DNA from: Basidiobolus meristosporus CBS 931.73
Taxonomy: Eukaryota; Fungi; Basidiobolomycota
DNA length: 49,625 nt
NCBI GenBank assembly: GCA_002104905.1
Contig: MCFE01000651.1
Coordinates: 1 to 49,625, forward strand
Direction: 5' to 3'
Below the pieces are notes generated by a model that saw only the letters and a program-made list of their open reading frames with translations, did not search any database and was not told the DNA's origin. Both the position numbers and the translations under genes were made by a program. Within the stretch, counting starts at the first letter, position 1. Every line of letters starts with the position of its first letter. Shown here one piece after another: positions 33,757-46,565 of this stretch.

Positions 33757-34128
33757 TGTGATGACATGAGCTGAAGATGTAGGTAGTCATCACCACGCTA
33801 CAACTGAAAATTTTCAATCAATAAAATTCAAATGACATTCTTACACTTGTTGTTGCTTGTGATTAGCTTTTTACTTGCACACACCTGTATCATGATCAGA
33901 GCTGCGGGCATTAATATTAGATTTTCGCTTACGTACTAACATACTCACCCTCAGTCTTTAGTAATGCTGCCCTCCACCGAAAAGGTTGATATTAGAGAGA
34001 ATATCTGGCAGGGTTACCGGATTGACTTTGGTAACACAAAGATTCGAGATTGACAGACTACCCAGCAACTGTTAGCATTGTGATATTTCCTCTTATAATT
34101 TTTGTGCAAGCTATAGGAATAACAAAAG

Positions 34129-34210
34129 TGATGAGGGTGGGGTTCGAACCCACGCCTCCGAAGAGACTGCGACCTGAACGCAGCGCCTTAGACCACTCGG
34201 CCACCTCACC
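34129..34210 (-). tRNA. tRNA-Leu(CAG): tRNA-Leu(CAG), intact
   Basis: Acceptor GGTGAGG/CCTCATC, anticodon stem CTGCG/CGCAG with loop TTCAGGT, long variable arm, GGTTCGAACCC, then a T4 terminator. Confidence 0.95.
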
Positions 34211-34524
34211 AGCTTGTACTTGGTCCTTACGAAAGAGTTTGAAAGGAAATATTCTTGAAGTACTACCATCACTCGAAGCAAGCATCATAAAGTATCTTTA
34301 CCTACTGTTTTGTCGTTACCCATCAGTGTTTTTTCATAATGAAGAAATGGCAATCGAATTTACGATCAATAAATACAAAATCCCGGGTTTGGCAGACTAA
34401 ATTAAACTGAAAATCAGTGGAAGTACGTAGATCTTTTCCTATGTAAATCATTTGTAAACGGAGCAATTGTCTAGATGATACTGAGTAAGAATATACAAAG
34501 GTAGCATATAAGTATCATTCGGTC

Positions 34525-34830
34525 ACTCTTACTAAGTGGGATCGCGAAGGTGATATAAATCGGGAGTACAAGAAGTTACGCCACTTTAAAGTATGCTCCA
34601 GAAAATCATGGTGAGTCCCACAAAACAATGGAAGAAATGAGTAAAAATAAGAACTATGGACATGTGTGAGGGGAATGCAGAATGCTGACAATCGTTAGAA
34701 GTGTGCCTGCAGGAACGCAACAGTAGCAGAGACAGAACAAAACGTTCAATACAGTTAGTGTGCTGACAAGATAAATAAAGTTGAACTGAGAATAACCATT
34801 CTTTGCACAGTCTCACAGACTATTGATCCA
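34525..34830 (+). pseudogene. Collapsed A-B cassette relic (A promoter fused to A 3' end and B 3' flank)
   Basis: GGGATC..AAGGTGATATAAATCGGG followed directly by TACAAGAAGT..CCACTT..CCAGAAAATCATGGTGAG, then B-downstream CAGTCTCACAGACTAT. Confidence 0.6.
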
Positions 34831-36199
34831 TCCTCATTAAAATCAATTTCCATAACTGAATGTTCAAGTGGGCACACAACTTTGCATAAAAATTGGAAAA
34901 TAGTAAGTTGGTAGTCAAACTTTATTGTAGTGACTACTGTTGACCATCCACTCAGACTGCCAATACCCACTATCCTTGTGTCACTTGTATTCTCCAACTA
35001 TAACAGAGAGGTTGTGCTTTTTAGGAACCAGATGAGAAATATGGTACCCAATGTGCATCAACATTCAAAACTTAGCCAACTTTGCTATGTTAGAAATTCT
35101 AGTACCCTGACTGATTTTCCCTAACTCAGACATAACTAATCCCAGTTATAGTTTACTTTATCCCACCTCACAATCTATTTTTAGCTGTCATACCTAATCA
35201 ATTTGCATGTGGAATTACATTATCAACTTATCTGCCAAGCCTTCCCAGGTGATTAGTCCTCTTAGATTCATTCAACCACTTGGCAGTTACTAAGATATCA
35301 ACTGATTGATGATGCAAACACTTTCCTGTGGAAGTGCTTGATGAAGGACAGCAAGACGCCTGCTGAATACTGTGTAAAAGTCTTCTTAACCATACAGCTT
35401 TCAGTATTTGAAGTAACAGCTACTTAGTGAATATGTAGATGTATCATACTAAGGGACATGTGTTAAATTAGGTCTCATACCAACTTGGGTAGCAACTAGA
35501 TTTCTGTACCCTGTATTCAAAGCATATGAAGAATCAATGCAATATACTGGCTGAATCCAGCTAATTGCCAGCTGAATGCCAGCTGAATATCATCAAGTAA
35601 AAGTAAAAAATCCAAGTATGAAACATTTCATCAGGAGGTTCATTGGGAAATTTGCCATTGATCATAACAGTTATAACCTACTTTCTTTCAATAACTTGGT
35701 CAAATCAATCCAAATAGTGCTGCGTGCCACTTGACAAAGTAAGCCTGTATATTTTTATTGCTGCCAGCCATTCTTGTTGTCTTAGTAATATGGTACCCTC
35801 AGAGACCTGCAACAACTACTTGCATATAGCTACAGATTTTGGCATTGCATTCAGCAACTAAACTTGTGTTTGCAATTGCAACTACTTGATAAGCCAGTAT
35901 TGCCAAAAGTTCTTTCAATCCTATAAACTCAAAGGCGTATCTTGAACTTGGCAGGAAAGCATTAATGAGTTCTGAAAACATTGAATGTTACTTTGCTAAT
36001 AGTGTGGAACATAGTAAAGTGATGTATGTGACTACATATGTTTGTGTTAGGTCCTGGACATAAATTGGGTTGGCAATACAGAAAACATAAGTTGGCACAT
36101 TTGGTCCAATTGGATTAGCACTGTTGTGCAAGCAAGACATACACTACTAAAATGCACATAGCACCCTATGAAAAACTTCAAATTTTGATATTTTACTTT

Positions 36200-39100
36200 T
36201 ACTACATGGTGTTTGGGTGGTATTCTACTGGCATTTAGCTGGGATCCAGTCAGTGAACTTCATTAAATTTTTCAAGTGCATTTAACTCTGGAAACAACAG
36301 TCTAGTTGCCACCAAAGTTGGTATGAGTGCTAAAGTGGCACAAGTCCCTCTGTTTGGTATATCCACAGGCTGTCAAAGTTGCTGTAACATCAAATTCTCA
36401 GAGAGAACCTCAACAAGTCCTGATCTCCTATGGTATCTGACTGGCATCCTGTGGTGCATCCACTGTCCTCTAAATTTTGTCCCCAATCAATATCAGGGTG
36501 TCATAAAAGATCCTGTATTAAGCTCTTACAAGTGTACCTTAAGTGTCTCAGCAGATCCTTTTAGTTATCTAATTCAGCATAAGTGCCACAACAACATTAG
36601 ATATATAGTTCTGATTGAGCGGGCACACAATTGCCACTGAATATACAATATCTGGGTATGTTCCAATCAGATATACATCAGACTTCTAGCCATACATTGG
36701 TAAGTGAATACTGGGCTTTCAGATGGCACCAAGCCCTGTTGATTTGGTAGAATGTTGACCAAGATAAGATGTATCTCCGCTATAATAGCTGCTGATTCAC
36801 AGTTTTCTTTTGGTACTTCTTAAGTATTTCTTGAATGTACTTGAACTGGCTGAGAATAATAGTCTGGGTTCCTCTGACTTTGGAGTATGTTTTCCTTACA
36901 AATTAACTGAGCTCTCCTAGATTGGACATTCTGAACTCCTTAAATTGGATGAATTTATTCCCCCCTGATTTTTCTTGCTTATTAGTGGCTATAATAAGAT
37001 TAGACATATATAGAGCTAGTAAAACTGGAATCTCACTATCTATTGTACAGTAGATACTATGGTCAGAATCACTACTCTGAATACTAAAAGATTATAAACA
37101 GGGATCTATCTTGCAATTTGAAGCTCTTGGTGATTATAAGAGACCATATTGAGATTTTTTAAGTTTGCAGATCTGATAAGGGTTATCTTGGTCAAAGAAC
37201 TCATCAGGCTGGTTCATGTTTACTTCCTTATGATGTTTATCACTCAAAAATGCTGCTTATACATCTATTTGACACATTTACAACTTTGACTTGGCTTCAG
37301 TAGGCAATATCAATCAGATGGAATTAAAATTGACTACTAGTCAAAGATATCAGTGTGGCCCAGTCCAATTGATTGAGAGTACCCTTTTGTCACAGGCCTT
37401 GCTTTGTATCCTTCAGTTGTACCATCAGCCTTCATTTGTCTTGAAGACCCATCTGCATACAGTTGATTTTTAGTTGATTGATAATTAAACACTGCCCCAT
37501 GATTAATTATTTGTTGGGACCAGATATTCCTCAGTCATTGCAGATCTTCAAAACCTTCTCTGAGGGCTATTGCAGGCCTCCTTTACAGTCTGGGGCCCAT
37601 CACTATATACTGAAGAGGCATAGGCCAAGTCTGGACCCTTATTGATTTAGTAATTTGGGCTATATGTAATCCAGCTGAATATCCTGCCTTGTGAAACTCT
37701 AAAGATCACCTCTGGGATATTTCTGAGCACTGGTTTGGACTGAAATCAAGTTGAAGAGTCCTCTGGAGTGAAAAGATTCCCATTGCTTTGCTCCAATTCA
37801 ATTGCAACTACTGGTGGATATGAGATTGAATTTCTGTTATCATCAAATAACATCTTGTGTGAAGATATTGAGTTTTACTAGACAACACATCCCTGGATCT
37901 GCTCAGCCTTTTTGCTTTGGTATTGTGGTGAATGTACACCTTACTACCATCCAAATAACCCAAAGAATGCATTTTACACTTTTTAATGCATATTTTGGCC
38001 AATTTCCAGACAGTCTCTAAGCATATGATGAGCAGCCAACTATTCCAAAGTGCTTTACACTTGGTATGTAGCCATACCATGCCTTAGATGGAGGAGAATC
38101 ACAAGGTATGACACTATAATCCCAACTGTTAAGACATACAGCTGTGGCAAGTGATTTCTCTCAGATATCTTAGGATAATAGCTGATCTCAGATCTTGCCG
38201 TATAGGTTATTTATCTGTGGGAATGTTCTGACACTGCATTTTACTGTGTGAAGTATTGTACAGTAGTCTCTTGCTTCATCCCATGAACTTTGCACAAGTG
38301 GATGAGCAGTTCTGAAATATATTTTCTGCCAATGCCAGAGTGTACTTTCCTAATTTTCCAGAAATCATAGGATAATTTTTGATCATGGATCATAAATCTT
38401 GCCATATCAATTATTGATCTGTTAGCACATTCTGCTACTCCATTTTGCTGTGGGGAGTATGGTACAGTAGTCTCTTGCTTTATCCCATAAATCTTGCAGA
38501 AGTGGACAAAGAGTTTTGAGGTATATTCTCCACCACAGTCAGAGCGTATTTTATTGCTTTTTTCACCAGTTTCTCTCTCCACCATGGCTTTAAGCTCCCT
38601 GAACTTAGACAGAGCTTCTTACTTTACTTCCATGCAAGAGACCCACACATATCTTGCATAATCATAACAAATGTGATTAAATATTTCATTCTGCCAAATA
38701 TTATATTTGCATAGGTCAATGCATATCAGAGCATATTAGATCCAATGTTTTATTAGTTTTGACTGACCCATGACTCTCCAATGGTTATCTGGCCTGTTTC
38801 CCCTATATGACAGCCTCATAATGCTCCTAACTGGCTGGGGGTAATCTGATCTTTGATTGTGTTGCACAAATAATCATAGCAATGTCTCCAAATGTCCTGT
38901 ACCAAAGCTTTGGTGTTTCTTCATTTAAGTAACTTACATCAACTTGCAGATACAATGAAATATGAGTCAGCATATATGGAGTCCGGCTTCTAATACCCAG
39001 AGCAATGTGGGCAACTCTTGTTTGCATGCATATTTAGTGCAGATATGAATAGTCTACTGGTGGCTGATAATGCCTTCCAGGCATTCTTTGTAATTTTGCT

Positions 39101-39366
39101 GTTGCGCAATAGACTAGCAATTTGTCTTTATTGTTGTGCAAATGCAGTCAACAGCACTTTGTTCTTTCTCCTGGCACTTTAAGGCTTATGCTCCTACAGT
39201 TTTAGGAGGGCATTCTTTTCCCATAACAATGTCCCAAAGGCCTCTTTCCTGTAGCAGCATATTCATCTTCACCATCCAGACTTGATGTGAGATCCAGAAT
39301 GGCATTCCTTTCACCAGAATCACCATTGCAGTACTACTGTCACCACCAATACCAGCTTCTCTACAT
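36200..39366 (-). mobile_element. Highly decayed Ty1/copia sequence (probably two copies)
   Basis: Gag WMVKMNMLLQERGLWDIV (~39.25 kb); integrase IRSDCGGEY..PYSPQQNGVAE; RT MNQPDEF..ICKLKKSQYGL (~37.15 kb); GTxPDI-like RT/RNase H motif appears twice (~37.63 and ~36.66 kb). Many stops; ends not resolved. Confidence 0.8.
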
Positions 39367-39758
39367 ATAGATTATGTAAGTACCAAAATGATTTCCACTT
39401 TGTCAACCACTTATGCCTGCCTTGCTGTTAAAGCACCATTATGGTTCCCTTATTGCAACTCCATACATTTATCTACAAAGATAGTAGTTACCCTCAAATA
39501 TGTGCAGTTAATAGACTATACAGTTTATCAACATCTTGAAAGGTACCCAACATACATACTTGGGGATAACCCTTACCCTCTTATATATATTCACTACTAC
39601 ATAGGTTGGCTGATAAGCTGTGAAGCACAATCCGTCTGTAATGATGATGATGAAGTAGAACATAAATACGTATATACCTCATTTGTCACTAAAAGCCTGA
39701 GGATGGGATGAGTATTTTATTATTGACAGAGTAGGAATCTTGGTTTTGCATATATACA

Positions 39759-40089
39759 TTAATATCTGCGGAGGCGTCGTTCACAACAAATACACGATGG
39801 TTGATCATAATCGCCCTCATCTGGGATAGGTGGCTGAATGTATGTAGGCGTAGATGGTTGGAACAACGTCTGATCTACTAGCTGCACTTGGGAGTATTGA
39901 TTTGAGTTGGAGAGAGCTTGGGCATCTTGCGCAGAGTTAGCCTGGATGCTGTCCAGCAACGGTGAGGCATCTGGGACATCCGATGGGTAGTCTGTCGATG
40001 AATATGATTCAAGGTATGGTGTCTGGTTGTTGTATGTATCGATGGGCCAAGAATACTATGGTGGATAGAATGTAGGTATTGTGGTGCAT
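39759..40089 (-). pseudogene. Family C pseudogene
   Basis: Homologous to 42924-43295; deletion frameshift after the signal peptide. Confidence 0.8.
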
Positions 40090-40558
40090 ATTGGTGCTTA
40101 GTGATACTCAACGATTACCTTTATCCATACTTTTATACATGATAGTCATGATTGATCAACGATTGTCAGCTACCCAAGCACAGTTTACTAAATTATCTAG
40201 CCAAAGTTAATCATCATTTTATTCAGAACAACGAAATGAAGAGGCGATTATCATTTCACATACATTTCACATTCAATAGTGAAATCACTGATCATCGACC
40301 AACTTAGCCAATCATTGGTTTGCATGACGAAAAATAAATAAACATCAATTGACCAATTGGCATCCAAGATTGGCATTCATAAGTATTGTTCTTATGTAGC
40401 CTAATATCTAGCTTTGTCAATATTACGGGATAAAATCTATGGATATTTGAGCCATTGGTCAATACTTTGCTGAGCTAGATATAGGATTTAGCATAACAAA
40501 TTATGCCAACTACTGTTATAAAATGAGCTTGTGAATAGTGCTACACTGCTCATCAAGA

Positions 40559-41122
40559 ATGCAACTCACTATCGCTTTATTGGCCTTCTACATTGCCTCC
40601 ATCCAGGCAATCCCTGTTGCAATAGATGAAGCTTCTCAGGTCAGCTACGGTAACAATTCGTGTGGGGAGCAAGTAAGCCCCTGTTACCAAGAAGCTCAAT
40701 CCCCCGGATACGACTATCAACCAGAACAGGATGACGGTGGCGAGGATGATTTTGATATGACTGAGGGCGAAGGCGAAGGCGGAGACTCAATGGAAGACAC
40801 TACCACCCAGCCAGAGTTATCGTATAGTGCTGAGTCGGGTATTCCTGACTTCAATATAGCTGATATACAGCCACGACAGGCCTTGTTGGACAAAGTAAAT
40901 ACTCACTCCTCCAATAAGGCTGATGCACTATCAAAATCCAATCAGTTTGACCAGGCCCAGGTCATCGACCAAACCCTTTATCAACCCAAACAGCAACAAC
41001 CTCAAATTATCATCACTCAGCCAGCGCCTCGTAGCTATGGTGGCAGCAGAAAGAAGTACAAGAGGTCAGCCCACAAGGATTTTAAGATCAGATATTTCAG
41101 TGGGAACAGATACTTGGATTAA
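40559..41122 (+). CDS. Family A secreted protein, diverged copy
   Basis: TATA ~40517, signal peptide, acidic middle, ALSKSNQFDQAQVIDQTLYQP, basic tail RYFSGNRYLD. Confidence 0.82.
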   Translation: MQLTIALLAFYIASIQAIPVAIDEASQVSYGNNSCGEQVSPCYQEAQSPGYDYQPEQDDGGEDDFDMTEGEGEGGDSMEDTTTQPELSYSAESGIPDFNIADIQPRQALLDKVNTHSSNKADALSKSNQFDQAQVIDQTLYQPKQQQPQIIITQPAPRSYGGSRKKYKRSAHKDFKIRYFSGNRYLD

Positions 41123-42024
41123 TATTACGAATAAATATCCCATTTGAAGTCATTGAAACATCAGCAGCCTTAGTGTGCAAACTGCTATACCACAGGTATT
41201 AACAATGGTTGCTACTTGCCTTGTTCCGAAACCGCAACTTTAATTGGGTTTTTGCATATAAATTCTTGATAAGCACTATTTTTTAACTTTTTGAATTTCC
41301 AGTAAGAACGCTTCTTTTCCCCCTAATATCGCTCAAAGTAACAGTCTGCCCATCTACAGAGCCAGTAGATAAACTCAGGGAAGTGTTGGAGAGTGTCATT
41401 GAGGAAGTAAAAAGCGATATGACTCATACTACGAGTTGTCAAGCGAGCGCTCGAAGCGTGCACACAGGAATGGCACTGTTCTTACGTAGATCATTATTTC
41501 ATTGCCAGTTTGCAGAAATATCTTTCATCATAAATAATACCTTCGATTTTTTATCCCCAAAATTGTGGGTCTAATTATGAAAATTTTCCTCACTTCTTTT
41601 GTGGTAAATATAGCGCTACACCCTCTAGGCAACGGTAAGACTGTATATAGTACATTCCCAGTTGCTAGTTGAGTTATAGTGAGCAGTGACTGATCGGTCC
41701 TTCGGGATTAAAGGTTGTATTCACTTGATGAACTTGCCGGTGATTATTTCAACAGCCTGACGAGGACGGCCCGTTCATTCTGAGAGGTTGCTAATTGATA
41801 CACAGGCTAAAATAAACCATTTGATGGAAAGTATGCTTAATACAAGCAAATGAACGAAACCTCAATAAACTCCATATAGATATAGATATATAAGCACTAC
41901 CTAGCAGTTTGTTTGTAATCTATTAGTAATGTATGGGAACCATGGGTATCCAAACTATACTATATAACTTGCTGTGCTATATATTCATCAGTGTACTTCC
42001 GTGTGAACGGAACTATTCGACAAG

Positions 42025-42561
42025 ATGCGTTTTACTACAGCAGCAGTGATTTTGGCCCTCGCTTCTCTTCAACTGGCGGTTGCTGCTCCAATCGGTTGCT
42101 CTTCTCCCTGTACCAGCGAGTATAAAAGGGCTCATTATCGTAGCTCACCATGTGCACAGTATGCGGAAGGCTGCTATCAGAATGTCCAAGTTTTACCCAC
42201 CATCAAGACAACAAATATCCAAGCCCCATTGTTGCGTCAGGTGTTCACTACCGTTACCAGAAAACACGACAATCTGAGCACTGCAAATGCCAGCAGTGAT
42301 AAACGCTTCAACGTGAAGTACCAAGCAGGTCCCAGTCTCGAAGCAGAGGGCTCAGCTAGCGCATTAGAATACGCCAAGCAGAAGGAAGCCGAGCACTCGG
42401 ATGACAGTTATTCGAATCCCTATGTCTTTATGCAGCCCACCCATGATGTGCAATACTCAGAACCCATGGTTGAGACCCAATGCGTCTCAGACTGTCCTGA
42501 GCAAAATGAACAATTTCCAGAGCCTATGGAGAATACCGAATGTGCTGATAATTGCGCTTGA
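42025..42561 (+). CDS. Family B secreted protein
   Basis: Intact 178-aa ORF with signal peptide; ends CADNCA. Confidence 0.85.
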   Translation: MRFTTAAVILALASLQLAVAAPIGCSSPCTSEYKRAHYRSSPCAQYAEGCYQNVQVLPTIKTTNIQAPLLRQVFTTVTRKHDNLSTANASSDKRFNVKYQAGPSLEAEGSASALEYAKQKEAEHSDDSYSNPYVFMQPTHDVQYSEPMVETQCVSDCPEQNEQFPEPMENTECADNCA

Positions 42562-42923
42562 AGTAGCCTAATAAAGCTTACATACTCTTTCTTTCAACCA
42601 TGAAGAAATAGGGAATTTACTAGAAACAGTATGAATAGTATGATGCCAAGTGAGCAATACACCAATTAATGGGCATATATACCCGGGCTTAACTCTCACC
42701 CTCCCATAAATATTCACCTCATATGATGGCTGATAAGCAGGGAGGCATAATCCGTCTGTAATGATGGTGATGGAGTAGAACATAGATACATACATTTATG
42801 CCTCTTTTCTCACTAAAAGCCTGCGGAAGGGATGAATATTTACACAATGCATATCTCTCCATGTACTCTGGTTTCCCTATTTTATTGTTAACAGCGTAGG
42901 AATCTCAGTGCTCCATGTTTACA

Positions 42924-43295
42924 TTAATATCTGTAGCGGCGTCGTTCACAACGACTACACGATGGTTGATCATAATCATCACTTTCGTATTTGTCTTCGT
43001 CCTCATCTGGGATCGGTGATTGCACATATGTAGGCGTAGATGGTTGGAATAACGTCTGATCCACCAACTGCACCTGGTCATATTGATTTGAGTTGGAGAG
43101 AGCTTGGGCATCCTGCGCAGAGTTAGCCTGGATGCTGTCCAGCAACGGAGAGACATCTGGGAAATCCGATGGGTAGTCTGTCGATGAATATGATTCAAGG
43201 TATGGTGTCTGGTTGTTATATGTATCGATGGGAGATGCATAGGATGCACCGGCCAAGAATACTAAGGTGGATAGAATGTAGGTATTGTAATGCAT
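42924..43295 (-). CDS. Family C secreted acidic protein with CSRC-RRRYRY tail
   Basis: Signal peptide MHYNTYILSTLVFLAGASYA; core ALSNSNQYDQVQLVDQTLFQP. Confidence 0.8.
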   Translation of the reverse strand: MHYNTYILSTLVFLAGASYASPIDTYNNQTPYLESYSSTDYPSDFPDVSPLLDSIQANSAQDAQALSNSNQYDQVQLVDQTLFQPSTPTYVQSPIPDEDEDKYESDDYDQPSCSRCERRRYRY

Positions 43296-44062
43296 TTTGG
43301 TGCTTAGCGATACTCGACAATTACTTTTATCCATACTTTTATACCTGATATACATGATAGGCATGATTCATCAATGATCATCAGCTACCCAAGCACAGCT
43401 TACTAAATTATTTAGCCAAAGTTAATCATCATTCTATTCAGAACAACTAAATGATGAGTTGATTATCATCTCACATTCATATCACAATCAATAGTGAAAT
43501 CAATGGTGTTAATCAGTGACCAAGTTAGCCTACCATTGGGTTGCATGACGAAAAATATATAAATATTAATTGACCAATCGGCATTCAACATTGGCATTCA
43601 ATATCAGGTTTGTACTAGCAAATATCGAACCTCAAGTCTTCAACTAGGCGAGACCACTCGTGATAACTACGATTGTTTATTTATCGTATTTACGAACCAA
43701 GTATTGTTCTTACATAGATTACATGATATCTAGCTTTGTTAATATTACGGAATAAAATCTATGGATATATGAGCCTTGCTTTCCTGAGTTAGGTAATTAT
43801 CAAGTGATAGCGAGAATGCTACTTGTTGTTGCTTGGCTGGTTTTATGCGTTCCTACTATCCAAGTGACTCCTGGTTACGTTGAGATCATTTGAACGGATA
43901 TCAATAGCGTTCTTATTACCTATCCTTCATCTATCACAGCTATCTATTAAAATGTGAATACATCAACGTAGTTATGCTCATCAATATCCAAGCCTTGATA
44001 TATAGTCAAACGCACTATATATGAAAGATTGTATGAGGCAAAATACTCATTCGTCCTTCAAG

Positions 44063-44617
44063 ATGCGTGCAACTACTATTATGATGATTTTGGCCCTTGT
44101 GTCTCTTCAGACCACCATCGCAGCCCCAGTCCCATGCTCTTCATGTTCCCGCAAGTATAGAAGAGTCCGTCAACGTAGCTCACGATGCTCTGACCAAGAA
44201 AGCAACTGCCACTCGAGTAACCAAGTTCAACCGATTGTTGAAGTGCCAAATGTCCAAGCCCCATTATTGCGACAGGTGTTCACTACCGTTACAAGGAAAA
44301 ATGACAATCTCAACACTGCTAATGCGAATAGTGACAAGAGCCTTAATGTGAACTATCAGGCTGGCCCCAGCCTTGAGGCAGAAGGTGAAGCAATTGCCAC
44401 TGAGTTTGCTAAACAGAAGGGGGACTCTTCCTCTGCAGATGATTCATCATATCCCGTGGTTGTGGTTCAGCCCTCGCAAGACGTTCAGTATGCAACACCA
44501 GTAGTGGATACTCAATGTATTGAAGGTTGCTCAGGCCAGGATGTACAGTACATGGAACCCCTGGCAGATGCATCATGTGGTGACAATTGTGCTGATCAGT
44601 TAACTGAGCCTATGTAA
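44063..44617 (+). CDS. Family B secreted protein, diverged paralog
   Basis: Signal peptide MRATTIMMILALVSLQTTIA; same core motifs. Confidence 0.82.
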   Translation: MRATTIMMILALVSLQTTIAAPVPCSSCSRKYRRVRQRSSRCSDQESNCHSSNQVQPIVEVPNVQAPLLRQVFTTVTRKNDNLNTANANSDKSLNVNYQAGPSLEAEGEAIATEFAKQKGDSSSADDSSYPVVVVQPSQDVQYATPVVDTQCIEGCSGQDVQYMEPLADASCGDNCADQLTEPM

Positions 44618-45517
44618 GACACTCTGTAGTTGATCAATAAACCTCATTGATTCATATATAAGCGATCAGAAGTAGGCACGTTACCTCTGTACTGTAACTG
44701 GAGCCTCCATTCGAGTATGTGCAATTGCCACTATGGGTGCTTCATGCTGACATGAACAACAGTGCAATTGCAACATGGTTTGTTCAATCGTAGAGTTAGT
44801 GAGGGGAGCGTACAGAACTGCGTACTAATCAACACATATACCTTAGTGTTTATAGACCAACTAATGGGGAAAGTAGCACATATGGAGATAGCCTTATTTA
44901 CTTAGAAATCAGATGCATAGAACACACCAACCAAGAATGTAGGCATTGTAGTACATCTCGATGCTTAGTGATGTTCGTTTATCCATACATCTATACATGA
45001 CTCATCGACAATCCTCGCTACCCAATACAGTTTACTAAATTATCTAGCCGAAGTTAATCATCATTTTGTTCAGAACAACTAAATGAAGAGGCGATTATCA
45101 TTTCACATGCATTTCACATTCAATAGTGAAATCGGTGGGATTGATCAGCGACCAACTTAGCCAATCATTGGGTTGCATAACGAAAGATAAATAAATATTA
45201 ATCGACCAATTGGCATTCAATATCAGGTTTGTACTTGCAAATATCGAACCTCAAGTCTTCAACTAGCCGAAACCACTCCTGATTATAAAATAAGTCTATA
45301 AGTACGATTTTTTAGACGTATTGGCGCATCAATTTATCTTATTTACGAGCCAAGTATTGTTCTTACATAGATTACATAAAATTTAGCTTTGTCAATATTA
45401 CGGGATAAAATCTATGATGTTTGAGCCATTGTCCAATACTTTGCTGAGCTAGATATAGAGTTTAGTAACTACGGTTATAAAGTGAGCTTGTGACTGGTGC
45501 TACACTGCTCATCAAGA

Positions 45518-45591
45518 ATGCAACTCGCTATCGCTTTACTGGCCTAAGTACTCTAAGATCAGATATTTCAGTGGGAACAGATACTTGGATT
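45518..45591 (+). pseudogene. Family A gene with ~480-bp internal deletion
   Basis: First codons of the 40559 gene joined to its last codons (AAGATCAGATATTTCAGTGGGAACAGATACTTGGATTAA). Confidence 0.75.
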
Positions 45592-46565
45592 AATATTACG
45601 AATAAATATCCTATTTGAAGTCACTGAAACATCAGCAGCCTTAGTGTGTGAGCTGCTATACTACAGGTATTAACAATGGTTGCTACTAGTCGTATTCTAT
45701 AATATACATGAATCGCAACTATATTTTACCCTTTATGAATTTCCACGCTCCTTTTCTCTCTTGCAAACTTGTATATGAGGCAATTCCTATGCTCTGATGT
45801 AAATATCACTCATAGTAACAGTCTGCCAATCTACAGAGCCAGTAGATAAACTCAGGGAAGTGTTGGAGAGTGTCATTGAAGAAGTAAAAAGCGATATGAC
45901 TCATACTACGAGTTGTCAAGCGAGCGCTCGAAGCGTGCACACAGGAATGGCACCGTTCTTACGTAGATCATTATTTCATTGTCAAGTTGAAGGGATATCT
46001 TTCGTTATAAATAATACCTTCATTTTTTTATCCCCAAAATTGTGGGTCTAATTGTGAAAATTTTCCTCATTTCTTCGGTTATACACATAGCGCTACACCC
46101 TCTAGGGAACGATAAGACTGTATATAGTACATTCCCAGTTACTAGTTGAGTTCTAGTGAGCAGTGACTGATCGGTCCTTCGGTACTAAAGGTTTTATGCA
46201 GTGGATGATTGATTATTTCAGCAACCTGGAGAGGACGGCCTGTTCACTCTGACAGCTTGTTTATTAATATTCGAACTAAACTAGTCCATTTGATGGAGAG
46301 TATGCTCAATGCAAACAAATGAATGTCTAAACTACTGGAGACTTATAAAACTACTATAGCTTATACAAGTGAGTATGTTATTTCACTTGCTGGATTCCTC
46401 AACGTCAATAAACTCCATATATATAGATATATAAGCACTACCTAGCAGTTTGTTTGTAATCTGTTAGTAGTGTATGGGAACCATGGGTATCCAAACTATA
46501 CTATATAACTTGCTGTGCTATATATTCATCAGTGTACTTCCGTGTGAACGGAACTATTCAACAAG

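Noticed and set aside
36093-36115. CATTTGGTCCAATTGGA resembling the piggyBac subterminal repeat
   Set aside because: Single short match with no TIR, TTAA pair or transposase nearby.
43296-43364. In-frame upstream extension of family C (MPIMYKSMDK...)
   Set aside because: The downstream ATG begins a proper signal peptide, and the extension has a stop in the 40.1-kb copy.
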